Shown here: positions 48,504 through 60,087 of the stretch, one piece after another
How positions within the stretch are numbered: the stretch's first letter is position 1
How the letters are laid out: each line of letters opens with the position of its first letter
Assembly: GCF_964194155.1 (NCBI RefSeq)
Contig: NC_135901.1
Coordinates: 18,476,001-18,540,000, forward strand
Direction: 5' to 3'
DNA: 64,000 bases
From: Cetorhinus maximus
Lineage: Eukaryota
The notes under the pieces: generated by a model
Told to the model about the DNA's origin: nothing
Database searches by the model: none
What the model saw: the letters and a program-made list of their open reading frames with translations, nothing else
Position numbers and translations under genes: made by a program

Positions 48504-50023
48504 CTGGCACTGTGTCTCTGACACTTCCCTTCCCTTCCCTTCCTTGACCTCTCTGTCTCAATTTCTGATGATATACTGTCCACCAATATCCATTACAAGC
48601 CTACCGACTCCCACAGCTACCTCGACTACAGCTCCTCACACCCCGCTTCCTGTAAGGACTCCATCCCATTCTCTCAGTTCCTTTGCCTCCGTCGCATCTG
48701 TTCTGATGATGCTACCTTCAAAACAGTTCCTCTGACATGTCCTCCTTCTTCCTTAACCGAGGTTTTCCACCCACGGTCGTTGACAGGGCCCTCAACCGTG
48801 TTCGGCCCATCTCCCGCGCATCCACCCTCACGCCTTCTCCTCCCTCCCAGAAACATGATAGGGTCCCCCTTGTCCTCACTTATCACCCCACCAGACTCCG
48901 CATTCAAAGGATCATCCTCCGCCATTTCCGCCAACTCCAGCATGATGCCACCACCAAACACATCTTCCCTTCACCCCCCCTGGCGGCATTCCGTAGGGAT
49001 CGTTCCCTCCGGGACACCCTGGTCCACTCCTCCATCACCCACTACTCCTCAACCCCCACCTATGGCACCTCCCCATGCCCACGCAGAAGATGCAACACCT
49101 GCCCCTTCACTTCCTCTCTCCTCACCGTCCAAGGGCCCAAACACTCCTTTCAAGTGAAGCAGCATTTCACTTGCATTTCCCCTAACTTAGTCTACTGCAT
49201 TCGTTGCTCCCAATGCGGTCTCCTCTACATTGGAGAGACCAAACGCAAACTGGGTGACCGCTTTGCAGAATACCTGCGGTCTGTCCGCAAGAAAGACCCA
49301 AGCCTCCCTGTCGCTTGCCATTTTAACACTCCACCCTGTTCTCTTGCCCACATGTCTGTCCTTGGCTTGCTGCATTGTTCCAGTGAAGCCCAATGCAAAC
49401 TGGAGGAACAGCACCTCATCTTCCGACTAGGCACTTTACAGCCTTCCGGGATGAGTATTGAATTCAACAACTTTAGATCTTTAACTCCCTCCCCCATCCC
49501 CACCCCCTTCCCGTTTCTTCCCCCTCCCTTTTGTTTTTTCCAATAATTTATATAGATTTTTCTTTTCCCACCTAGTTCCATTATTTTTAAATCTATAACT
49601 GTTATACCCTGTCAGTCTTTCCACCCCACCCCCACTAGAGCTGTACATTGAGTGTCCTGCCATCCATTCTTAATTAGAACATTTTCTTAGATAATATCAC
49701 CACCTTTAACACCTCTTTGATCCTTTTGTCTGTGACATCTTTTGATTATCTGCTCCTATCACTGCATGCTTGTCCCTACAACCACCCCCCCCCCCCCACC
49801 ACAACTTCTTTCCCCCCACCTCCCCCCCCCCCCCCCCCAACCTTAAACCAGCTTATATTTCACCCCTCTCCTAACTATACTCAGTTCTGCTGAAGGGTCA
49901 TGAGGACTCGAAACGTCAACTCTTTTCTTCTCCACCGATGCTGCCAGACCTGCTGAGTTTTTCCAGGTAATTCTGTTTTTGTTTTGGATTTCCAGCATCC
50001 GCAGTAGTTTTTTTGTTTTTATT
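48504..50023 (+). mobile_element. Penelope-like element, 5'-truncated (RT end, GIY-YIG, terminal repeat)
   Basis: ORF 48737..49546 with LVYCIRC..LYIGETKR; TSD AAGGTCC(A/T)GTTT at 48492 and 50024; hammerhead-like motif at 49883-49921. Confidence 0.92.
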
Positions 50024-50059
50024 AAGGTCCTGTTTTCTCCTGGAGTTTGAGACAAATCA

Positions 50060-50480
50060 GCTTTTAAAATGATGCAGAGTTTCAGCCAATGAGGGAGATC
50101 CGGGCTCAGCCCCGCCCATCATTCACTCTGATTGTTTGGAGGACCAGCCGATCGCCGCTTGGTCCTCCAGGCCCACCCCCTTTTTCTATTGGTGCGGAGC
50201 TGCCATCAATTACCCCCCCCCCACCCCGGGCATTGTGATCTGGAGCATGCGCAGTGCGGGTGATGTCCATGGACAGACGCTTGTTTGCCTCATCTTCAGG
50301 CGGGAAGGAGGCGGATAAGCGGAGGCAGCGTTAGGGGCAGTGGGTGGGAGGGGAGGCTTCACAAACACCCAGTGGAGGCCTCAACACCCCCAGTAAGAAA
50401 GTACCGGGCCCGCCTTCACACTGAACGGAACGGCAGCTGCGGGCTTTCTCCCGGTGCCAGGCCCGAGTGGACAAATGTGG
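50060..50480 (+). promoter_or_regulatory. CpG-island promoter upstream of ZNF9
   Basis: CAGCCAATGAGGGAGATCCGGGCTCAGCCCCG identical to 17375-17405; GAGCATGCGCAGTGCGG. Confidence 0.72.
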
Positions 50481-50569
50481 GTTAATGAAGGAAATGCAGC
50501 AATGGGTTTGTTAGTGAGAAATCACCTTTAACTCACTTTACTGATCCTGGAGCAGGAGGAGAGAATGGT

Positions 50570-50727
50570 GTGAATTTCTATCCTGGGCTGACAGGGATGG
50601 ATTTTGGAAACTCCTTTTACAGGGGGTGAGAAGGGGAGGATTTACAGATGGGAAAGTCAAACCTGACATCACATTCAGAGCAGACCCGATTCATCAGGAC
50701 AGGGATATTATCGGCCTTTGAGTGTAA
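50570..50727 (+). other. Orphan subfamily-A ZNF exon leader, cut by an antisense CR1 (50730-51058)
   Basis: AAACTCCTTTTACAG|GGGGTGAGAAGGGGAGGATTTACAG matches 2775-2880. Confidence 0.7.
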
Positions 50728-51794
50728 GCATTGAGTTCCACGTCATTATCACTCACTGTAAAAATAAGTTCTTCCTCACATTCCCCCTGTAACTCTTGCC
50801 AAAATCTTAAATCTGTGTCCTGTAATCATTTTACAATCAGATAAAGGGAACAGCTTTTCTTTATCTACCTTATCTAAATCTATTATAAACTTGTACACCT
50901 CAGTCAAATCTGCCCTCAATCTTCAATGCTCTAAGGAGAACCCCAGTTTCTCCAACCTAGCATTGCAACTTAAATCCCTCATCCCTGGAACCATCCTCGT
51001 AAACCTCCTCTGCACCCTCTCAAGGACCCTCACATCCTTCATAATGTGTGGTGACCACTGGTTTGCACAGACCCAGATGTTCTGTGTTCGTGTCTGTGAT
51101 GTCATCACACATCGACAATTGCTCAGTGACATCACCCCGCTCCCCAGGTATTTCGTCAACTGGGAGATTTTTCTCTGACTCCAGTGCTTCTGATATCTTT
51201 CCAGCTGCAGGCTCCAGCAGGAGATTTTAAAATTGAAAATGGTGCAATTGTTTTGGTGGTGAGTATTTTTGTGCATTCATCTAAAATTTAGAGCTTTTAA
51301 TGCAATGCTCTGTTACCTGTGAGAGGTTCCATGGCTCTGGGGCTGGTGTGGCTCCTTTACTGTGGATCTGAATCCATGTCCATCCATTGCTCTGTTTCAC
51401 CTCTGGCCTCCTTAATCACCTCTCTGCCATTGTCTAATCTCCTCTGTCTCTAATAATGAGTATATTTTAGCTGTGTTCAGCATTTTGCTGTTCTTTCCAC
51501 TGACTATGTCCAAATGAGGCTTCCACCGCTGACCATGTGCTGCTGGCTGACCAGCTTTATCTTCCCATAGTATCTTCCAGAGTCAGGAATTGCTTTTTCT
51601 GCACTATAGTCCATTTCTCTCCTGCTTCTGAGCTTTTATTGACCATCAAATTTTATTCCCCGTGGTTCATTCTGCACAGCCTGAAACGTTAACTCTGTTG
51701 CTCTCTCCACAGACACTGCCTGACCTGCTGAGTACTTCCAGCATTTTTCTCTTTTCATTTTAGATTTCCAGTAGCTGCAGTTTTTTAAAAATAA

Positions 51795-52070
51795 TATTCA
51801 TTCATGGGATGTGGGTGTCGATGGCTTGGCCAGCATTTATTGCCCATCCCTAATTGCCCTTTTTTCAGAGGGCATTTAAGAGTCAACCACATTGCTGTGG
51901 TTCTGGAGTCACATGTAGGCCAGACCGGGTAAGGATGACAGATTCCCTTCCCTAAAGGACATCAGTGAACCAGTTGGGTTTTTACGACAATCCAGCAGTT
52001 TTCATGGTCACTTTTTCCTGGTGCCAGCCCCACAAATTACCAGATTCATTCAGCTCAGTTTCACAGCCTG
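51795..52070 (-). mobile_element. Meta-type SINE, antisense, upstream of the ZNF9 acceptor
   Basis: Reverse complement of 23700-23850 plus the SINE tail. Confidence 0.75.
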
Positions 52071-52231
52071 CCTTTGTGTTTTTGTGGGTTCTCTCTCACT
52101 CCATTTTTTCTGTTTTAAATCAATTTCACAGGATGTTAGAAGGGAGGATTTACAGTCAGGAAACTAAAACCAAACATCAGAGCAGGATCTGATGGAGTTG
52201 TCCAATTCATAATAAACTGAACATTGTGAAC

Positions 52232-53519
52232 ATGGAAGGAAAAAGTACTGTTCACAGTGGAGAGAAACCAAATACATGTGTGTGTGGACAAGACTTCAGC
52301 CAATCATCTGGCCTCACGAACCACAAATGCAGTTACACTGGGGAGGAACTGGGGAAATATGAAAACTATAAGAAGGGATTCAGTTACCCGTTTGACCTGG
52401 AAACTTATCGATGCAGTCACAGCAGGGAGAGGACATTCACCTGCTCCGTATGTGGGAAGGGATTCACTCAGCCATCCAATCTGCTGAGACACCAGCGCAT
52501 TCACACTAGGGAGAGGCCGTTCACTTGCTCTGAATGTGGGAAGGGGTTCAATCAGTCATTCACTCTGCTGAAACACCAGCGAGTTCACACTGATGAGAGA
52601 CAATTTAATTGCCCAGTCTGTGGGAAGTGCTATAAAAGTTCGAAGAAACTGGTGTTCCATCATCGTGTTCACACTGATGAGACACCATTCAGGTGCTCTC
52701 TCTGTGGAACTGGGTTCAGGCAATCATCTCATCTCACTAAACAACAGAGGATTCAAACTGGGGAGAAGCCGTTCACCTGCTCCGAGTGTGGAAAGGGATT
52801 CACTTGATCATGCCACCTGATGGCATACCAGCGAGTTCACACCGGGGAGAGACCTTTTAAATGCCTGGACTGTAGGAGATGTTCTAAAAGTTCTGGGAAA
52901 CTGATGCGCCATCAACATGTCCATACTGGTGAGAGACTTTTTAAATGTCCAGACTGTGGCAAGTGCTATAAAAGCTCCGGGGAAATGATGTTCCATCAAT
53001 GTGCTCACACTGAGGAGAGACCTTTTAAATGCCCAGACTGTGGGAAGTGTTATAAAAGTTCCGGGGAACAGATGCGCTATCAACATGTTCACACTGAGGA
53101 GAGACCGTTCAGGTGCTCTCACTGTGGGGCTGGGTTCAGGCAATCATCTCATCTCATCGAACACCAGAGGATTCACACTGGGGAGACACCGTTCACCTGC
53201 ACTGAGTGTGGGAAGTGTTTCACTCGATCATGCCACCTGATGGCACACCAGCGAGTTCACAGTTGGGAGAGACCATTTAAATGCCCAGACTGTGGGAAGT
53301 GTTATAAAAGTTCCGGGGAACGGAGGCACCATCAACTTGTTCACACTGAGGAGAAATCGTTCAGGTGCTCTCAGTGAGGGAACTGGGCTCAGGCAATTAT
53401 ATCAGCTCACTGTGCACCAGAGGATCCACACTGGAGAGAGACTGTTCACCTCCACTGGGTGTGGCAAGAAATTCACTCGAAAATCCCACCTGCTGAGACA
53501 CCAGAGAGTTCACAGGTGA
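52232..53519 (+). pseudogene. ZNF9: C2H2 gene, about 15 fingers, disrupted, subfamily B
   Basis: TGA at 52805 and 53375 plus a frameshift; first two fingers degenerate; a truncated product from ORF 52226..52807 remains possible. Confidence 0.8.
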
Positions 53520-53707
53520 CTGCAGGTGTTGGATTTCGCTCTTGATCATGTTGTAGACACAGCCATATTTATTGGGGTCTTTTTCTGCTGATGTTATTAA
53601 GTTCCAGCCCAGTTATAGATATTAATATCTGGATAAAAGTCAAATAAATCAGCTTTATAAACAGAGGGTGATGAGTCTTTTTAATACTTCGAACACAGGT
53701 TAATTCC

Positions 53708-54137
53708 TTGATTGGCGCCCCATCCACCACTGTAAACATTCACTCCTTCCACTACCAACGCACAGTGGCAGCAATGTGTACCATCTACAAGATGCACTGC
53801 AGCAACTCACCAAGGCTCCTTCAACAGTTCCTTTCAAACGTGCAACCTCTACCGAAGTACAAGGGCAGCAGATAGATGGGAGCACCACCACCTGCAAGTT
53901 CCCCTCCAAGCCAGTCACCATCTCGACTTGGAAATATATCACCATTCCTTCACTGTCACTGGACCAAAATCCTGGAATTCCCTTCCTAACAGCACTGTGG
54001 GTGTACCTACACCACATGGGCTGCAGCGGTTCAAGAAGACAGCTCACCACCACGTTCTGAAGGGCAGTTAGGGATGGGCAATAGATGCTGGCCTAGCATC
54101 TTGTGAACGAATCCACATCCTGTGAACGAATAAAAAT
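53708..54137 (+). mobile_element. CR1-group LINE 3' portion (second family)
   Basis: Same family as 43378-43895; inserted in the conserved ZNF downstream flank. Confidence 0.82.
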
Positions 54138-54409
54138 AGTGCTCTCCATCTCCCCTGTCTCCATCCTCACCCCCAACAACAAGTGCGAAGAACTCATGGA
54201 GCTTCTTTGTCACAAAGATTGAGACAATTTGATCAGCTGCTTCCCTCCCTTCCACCAGCCCACAAGGCCAAACTGTCTCGAAAGTTCCCTCTTGTCTGAG
54301 CCCTGAACTCGCATCTTTCTCCAGTCATGTTCTGTCAGAGCTCATCTTATTCACCTCCTAGGCCCTCGACCCTAATCCCACTAAACTGCTGACCATCCAC
54401 CTTGCCCAA

Positions 54410-54880
54410 AGTACTGGGGAAATTGCCTGGACAGTATCAGCTGCCACTGTGGATCAGGGTTGAGGAGTTGTTGAAAATGTTCTTTCCTGTGTTGATGGAT
54501 GACATTGTCATCCCCAAGGAGAGAAACACCATCCTGTGAAGGGGATTTTGTCCATTTATCTTGGTCTATTCATGGCCCTGGTGGCTTCAAAAAGCTTTGC
54601 TTGTCATGATGGTCAGCGTATTGTTGGGTATCTCGGGCTTGCTCCTCCCACCACTTGTACTTTATTGTCTTTGGCCGTCAGCTTTGAGCTGTTGGAACTC
54701 TGCCTTCTTGCAACCTCGGGTTGTTCTGCCAGACAATGAAGGTTGTTCATTTTTGTTACAGGAGGTCACATTTTGAGCACCATTTTCATTGAACCAGACC
54801 TGGTGATGACAATGCTCGAACCCAATGGTCTGGGTACAGGAGCCTAGTACAGCTGACTTCATCCGATCCCAACGTTCTGA
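54410..54880 (-). mobile_element. RTE-clade LINE fragment
   Basis: Minus strand reads WDRMKSAV..HHQVWFNEN and KWWEEQARDTQQYAD. Confidence 0.65.
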
Positions 54881-54889
54881 GGAGAGACA

Positions 54890-56360
54890 ACACAAACCAA
54901 ATGGTATAACTTTGAAGAGGATGCAGAAAAGGACAGATTTGGGTTTGTTTATGCACAAATCTCTGAAGGTGTGAGGACAGGTTAACAAACAGTCAATGAA
55001 GCAGATGGGATGCTGGGCTTTATAATGAGAGACAGGGAGCAGAATTTTCTGCCAGTCAGGCGGGCGGGCCCGACCCAATCTCCGGCGGGCGGGGAGCTGA
55101 TCCCCGCCGGAGAAGCGGGCCCCGCCATTATTTTACATGGGCGGGCCAATTAAGTCCCGCCCAGCATGATGTCCGGTGGGAAGCGCGATGCGCTCCCTGT
55201 GCGAGGGCAGGGGAAGGGGGTGGGGGGGGGAGAATTCCCTAAAAGCGAGAGTGCGCTCCCTTGCGCATGCGCACGAAAGAATGCACATCTCCCTGAGGCA
55301 AAGTGCAGCCTCAGGGAGATCGCTTCCACATTGAAAAAGATTAAAAATAGGAAAAAAAAGTTCCCTAACTTGTCCCCCTCCTGTGACAATGAGATGGATA
55401 TGTTCATAATTTACACTATAACTTGATTAAACTTTTAAAAACCCTGCATGAAACCTCATCTCGCCACTGGATGAGGTTTCATGTTTTCTCTATTTGTCGC
55501 TGGGGCTCCTGGCCTGCCCGCCAGCCTTAAGGTTGGACGGGCAAGTCCTTTAATTGTTTAATTGATCCTGTCAATGGCCTCAATTGGCCAATGACAGGTT
55601 GACGGGCCCGCAGCTGATTTTGCTGCGCCCCTGCCTTCCTGAAAATTTAAATGGGGCGCGATGACATCAGGGGTTCCACCCGACATCACCGCACGTCACT
55701 TTACACATCGGCGAGTAGGCCCCGCCTCCTGCTTGCTTGCTGACAGCAAAATTCTACCCTGGGAGTACAAAGGTCAGGGAGTCTCATTATAAAAAACATT
55801 ATTTCTGCCCCGGCTGGAGGGTTGTGTCGAATTCTGAGCATCACATTTTAGGGAGGACATGAAGGCTTTGGAGAGGGCACAGAAGAGATTGACTCTAATG
55901 ATTCCAGCATTGGTGGATCACAGGACCACGGATCAATGAGAGAACCTGGGGCTGTTCTCCTTGGACAGAGAAAGTGAAGAGATTTGATAGACCTGTTTAA
56001 AATCATGAAGGGTTTAGATAGAGTGAATAAGGAGAAAATATTTCCAATGGCCAATGGTTCGATAACCAGAGGACATTGATTTACGGCAATTGGCAAGAGA
56101 ACCAGAGGCCTCAGGAGGAAATCTTTTCAGTAACAAATGGTTAGGATTTGGAATGCACTGTCTGATGGGGCGATGGATACAGGTTCAAGAGTGACCTTCA
56201 AAAGGGAATTGGAGAAATACTTGAAGGAGAAATGATGCAGGGATGGGATAAAGAATGGGAGAGTGGGACTAACTGGATAGCTCGTTGAAAGTTACCAGCA
56301 CAGATTCTATAGGCCAAATAGCCTCCTTCTCTGCTGTACTATTAGGAGATTCTGTGATTT
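54890..56360 (+). mobile_element. Degenerate CR1 3' portion interrupted by a MITE
   Basis: GDLIDLFKIMKGLDRVNKEKIFP-type text; CR1 3' UTR. Confidence 0.8.
55037..55759. mobile_element. GC-rich non-autonomous DNA transposon (PIF/Harbinger-like MITE)
   Basis: TIR GAGCAGAATTTTCTGCCAG / CTGACAGCAAAATTCTACCC; flanks AGG and TGG; internal hairpin at 55447-55483. Confidence 0.75.
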
Positions 56361-56571
56361 ATAATACAATGATTTATAGTAAACATATGATAGAATCATA
56401 GAGCATGGATGGTGGCCATTCAGCCCATTGTCCCTGTACTGTCCCTGAAAATGTTACCAATCTGTCCCACTCCCCTGCTCTTTACCGATCGCCCTCCAAA
56501 TCTTTCCTAATTAAATAAAAGTCCAAATCACTTTTGAAAGTTACTATTGAATCTGCTTCTAGCAATCATTC

Positions 56572-57620
56572 CGACAATGAAAACGATGACTTCAGTCTTC
56601 CCAATATTTAATTGGAGGAAATTTCTGCACATCCACCACTGGATATCAGACAAACAGTCTGATAATTGACCAAAAGTGGAGAAGTCGAGAGAGGTGGTGG
56701 TGAGGTAGAGCTGGGAGCTGTCAGTGTAAATGTGATAAGTGACAGTGTTTTCAGATGATGTCATTGTGTGGAACAGGTTGATGAGAAATAAGAGGAGACC
56801 AAGGTGGATCCTTTGGGGATGCCAGAGGTAACTGTGGGATTGGAAAGGGAAGACATTGCAAGTGATTCTCTGGCTATGATTCGATAGGGACGAATGGAAC
56901 CAGGAGAGAGCAGCCCCACCCAGTTGGACGACAGGGGAGAGGCGAAGGTGCAGAATGATATAGTCAGCATTGTCAAAGGCTGCAGGCAGGTCGAGGACAA
57001 GGAGGACGCGTTTATCTTTGCCACAGTCACATAGGATGTCATTTGTCACTTTGATAAGAGCTGTTTCAGTACTGTGGCGGGGGCAGAAACATGATTGGAG
57101 GGATTCAAACATGGAGTTCTGGGAAAGATGGGCAGGGATTTGGGAGGTGACAACACGTTCAAAGACTTTGGAGAGGAAAGGGAGGCAAGAGATGGGGCAA
57201 TAGTTTGGAAGGACAGTGGGGTCAAGGATTTGTTTTTTGAGAAGGGTATAATGATGGCAGATTTGAAGGTAAGAGGGACAGTACCTGAGAGAAAAAAACT
57301 ATTATCATAGTCAGTGAACATGGGGAAGTTGAGTGATCAGCAGTTTAGTGGGAGTAGGGTCGATGGAGCAGGAGGTGAGTTTCATGGACAAGGTGAACTC
57401 TGAGAGGGCATGAGGGGAGATGGGAGGGAAACTACAGAAAGATGTGAGTTCAGGGCTCGGGCAACAGGGAACTTTAGAGGCAGTTCAGCCCCGTGGGCTA
57501 GTGGAAGGGAAGCAGCAGAGGCAGCTGATCAGATTGTCTTAATCTTAGTGACAAAGAAGCTCCATGAGCTCCTCACACTTGTTGTTGGAGGTGAGGATGG
57601 AGGAGACGGGGAGAGGGAGA
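56572..57620 (-). mobile_element. L2 fragment downstream of ZNF10
   Basis: ORF 56528..57112 (HSTETALIKVTNDIL..LDLPAAFD). Confidence 0.88.
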
Positions 57621-57824
57621 GCCCTTCGAAAAGGACTAACCTGAGTTAGAGATATTCAAAAAACCTCGATGGATTTGCGTTTAACACAAAGCTGCTTATT
57701 TGATTTTTATCAAGAATATTAGCCCCTGTAAGTGGTCTGGAGATTAGTAACATCAGCAGAAACAGACTCCAATTAACAGGGTTCAATCCTGGATATGATT
57801 AACAGCAAAATCAAATCATTTTAG

Positions 57825-58779
57825 TTACTTATGAATTCGCTGGTGTCTCAGCCGGTGGGATGAGATAGTGAATCCCATCCCACACTGTGAGCAGGTGAAC
57901 AGCCTCTCCCCTGTGTGAACTCACTGGTGTGTCAGCAGGCTGGATGAGATAGTGAATCCGTTCCCACACTGTGAGCAGGTGAATGGTCTCTCCCCGCTGT
58001 GAATTCGTTGATGTGTCAGCAGGCTGGATGATTGAGTGAATCTCTTCCCACACTTGGAGCAGGTGAATGGTCTCTCCCTTGTGTGAATTCACTGATGGTC
58101 AGTGAGTTGAGATGATTGTCTGAATCCAGTCCCACATTGAGAGCACTTAAATGGTCTTTCGTCAGTGTGAACACGTTGATGGTACATCAATTCCCAGGAA
58201 CTTTTAAAGCACTTCCCACAGTCCAAGCATTTAAAAGGTCTCTTATCAGTGTGAACTCGCTGGTGTGTCAGCAGGGTGGATGAGGTAGTGAATCCCTTCC
58301 CACACGTGGAGCAGGTGAACGGCCTCTCCCCAGTGTGAATTCGCTGGTGTACAGTGAGTTGGGATGATCGCCTGAACCCGGTCCCGCAGTGAGAGCATTT
58401 AAATGGTCTCTCATCAGTGTGAACACGTTGATGGTACATCAGTTCCCAGGAACTTTTATAGCACTTCCCGCAGTCTGGGCATTGAAAAAGCCTCTCTTCA
58501 TTGTGAACTCGTTGGTGTCTCAGCAGGTTGGATGAGAGAGTAAATCCCTTCCCACCACATGGAACAGGTGAACGGCCTCTCCCCAGTGTGACTGCGCTGA
58601 TGCTTTTCCAGCTCAGCTGGGGATTTGAATCCCTTCCCACAGTCCCCACATTTCCACGGTTTCTCCCCAGTGTTACTGCACTTGTGTTTCCACAGGCCAG
58701 ACGATTGCCTGAAGCTTCATCCACACACAGAACACGTGTACAGTTTCTCCCCACTGTGAACAGTGCTTTTTTCTTCCAT
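57825..58779 (-). pseudogene. ZNF10: C2H2 pseudogene, about 11 fingers, subfamily B
   Basis: ATG 58779; +1 frameshift near 58556; TGA at 58089-58091 and near 57922; acceptor at 58887-58889. Confidence 0.85.
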
Positions 58780-59289
58780 GTTCAAAATCCGATGATACTC
58801 AAGTTACAATCAATTCGACGACTGTCAGATTCTGATGTGATGTTTGGTTTGAGTTTCCTGACTGCAAATCCTCCTCTTCTAATACCCTGTGAAATTGATT
58901 TAAAACAGAAAAAAGGGCGTGAGAGAGAATCCACAAAATCATAAAGGCAGGTTGTGAAACTGAGCTGAATGAATCTGGTTATTTGTGGAATTGACACGAG
59001 GAAAAAGAGACCATGAAAACTGCTGGATTGTCATAAAAACCCAACTGGTTCATTAATGTCCTTCAGGGAAGGGAACCGGAAACCCAGACTGGGCCTACAC
59101 AAGACTTTAGCCTCTATTGGAGGAGAGAGAGAGGTGGGAGATGCAAGGGGTGAAGAAATACTCTGCACATCTGCAACTCATCCAGGAATTTCACAGAATC
59201 CCCAGAGCCTCAACCACCACCACCTAGAAGGAAAAGGGTAACAGGTGCCAGTGAACACCATCACCTCCAACTCACACACCGTCCTGACT

Positions 59290-59672
59290 TGTCTGACATC
59301 CAGTGCAGGATGAGCAGAAATGTCCTCCATTTAAATACTGGGAAGAGCGAAGCCATTGTCTTCAGCCCCCACTACAAACTCCACTCCCTAACCACCGACT
59401 CCATCCCTCTTGCAGCTGTCTGAGGCCGAACCAGACTGTTCACAATCTTGTTGTCATATTTCAGCCCAAGCTGAGCTTCTGACTACATATCACTAAGATC
59501 GCCCATTTCCACCTCAGTAACATCGCCCGGCTGTGTCCCTGCCTCAGTTCATCAGCTGCTGAAACTCATCCATTCCTTTGGTCCCTCTAAACTGGACTAT
59601 TTGAATGTGCGTCTTGGTGGCCTCCCCGATTCAACTCCATAGAAACTGGAGGTCACCCAAAACTCAGCTGTG
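59290..59672 (+). mobile_element. L2 fragment upstream of ZNF10
   Basis: Paralogous to 27465-27870. Confidence 0.78.
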
Positions 59673-59677
59673 CATGA

Positions 59678-60087
59678 CAGAATCACAGTGCAGAAGAGGC
59701 CCTTTGGCCCATCGAGTCTGCACTGACACGTGAGAAACACCTGACCTACCTACCTAATCCCATTTACCAGCATTTGGCCCATAGCCTTGAATGTTATGAC
59801 ATGCCAAGTGCTCATTCAGGTACTTTTTAAAGGATGTGAGGCAACTCACCTCCACCACCCTCCCAGGAAGCACATTCCAGACTGTCGCCACCCTCTGAGT
59901 AAAAAAGTTTTTCCTCAAATCACCCCTAAACCTCCAGCCCCTCACCTTGAACTTATGTCCCCACATGACTGACCCGTCAACTAAGGGAAACAGCTGCTCC
60001 CTATCCACCCTGTCCATGCCCCTCATAATCTTGTACATCTCGATCAGGTCACCCCTCTGTCTTCTCTGTTCCAACGAAAACAACCCA
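59678..60087 (-). mobile_element. Young CR1 3' fragment
   Basis: ORF 59754..60158 (LFSLEQRRQRGDLIEMYKIM..GYGPNAGKWD). Confidence 0.9.

Noticed and set aside
55037-55759. Promoter of an additional gene
   Set aside because: Bounded by TIRs and inserted inside a CR1; no ZNF exon is oriented away from it.
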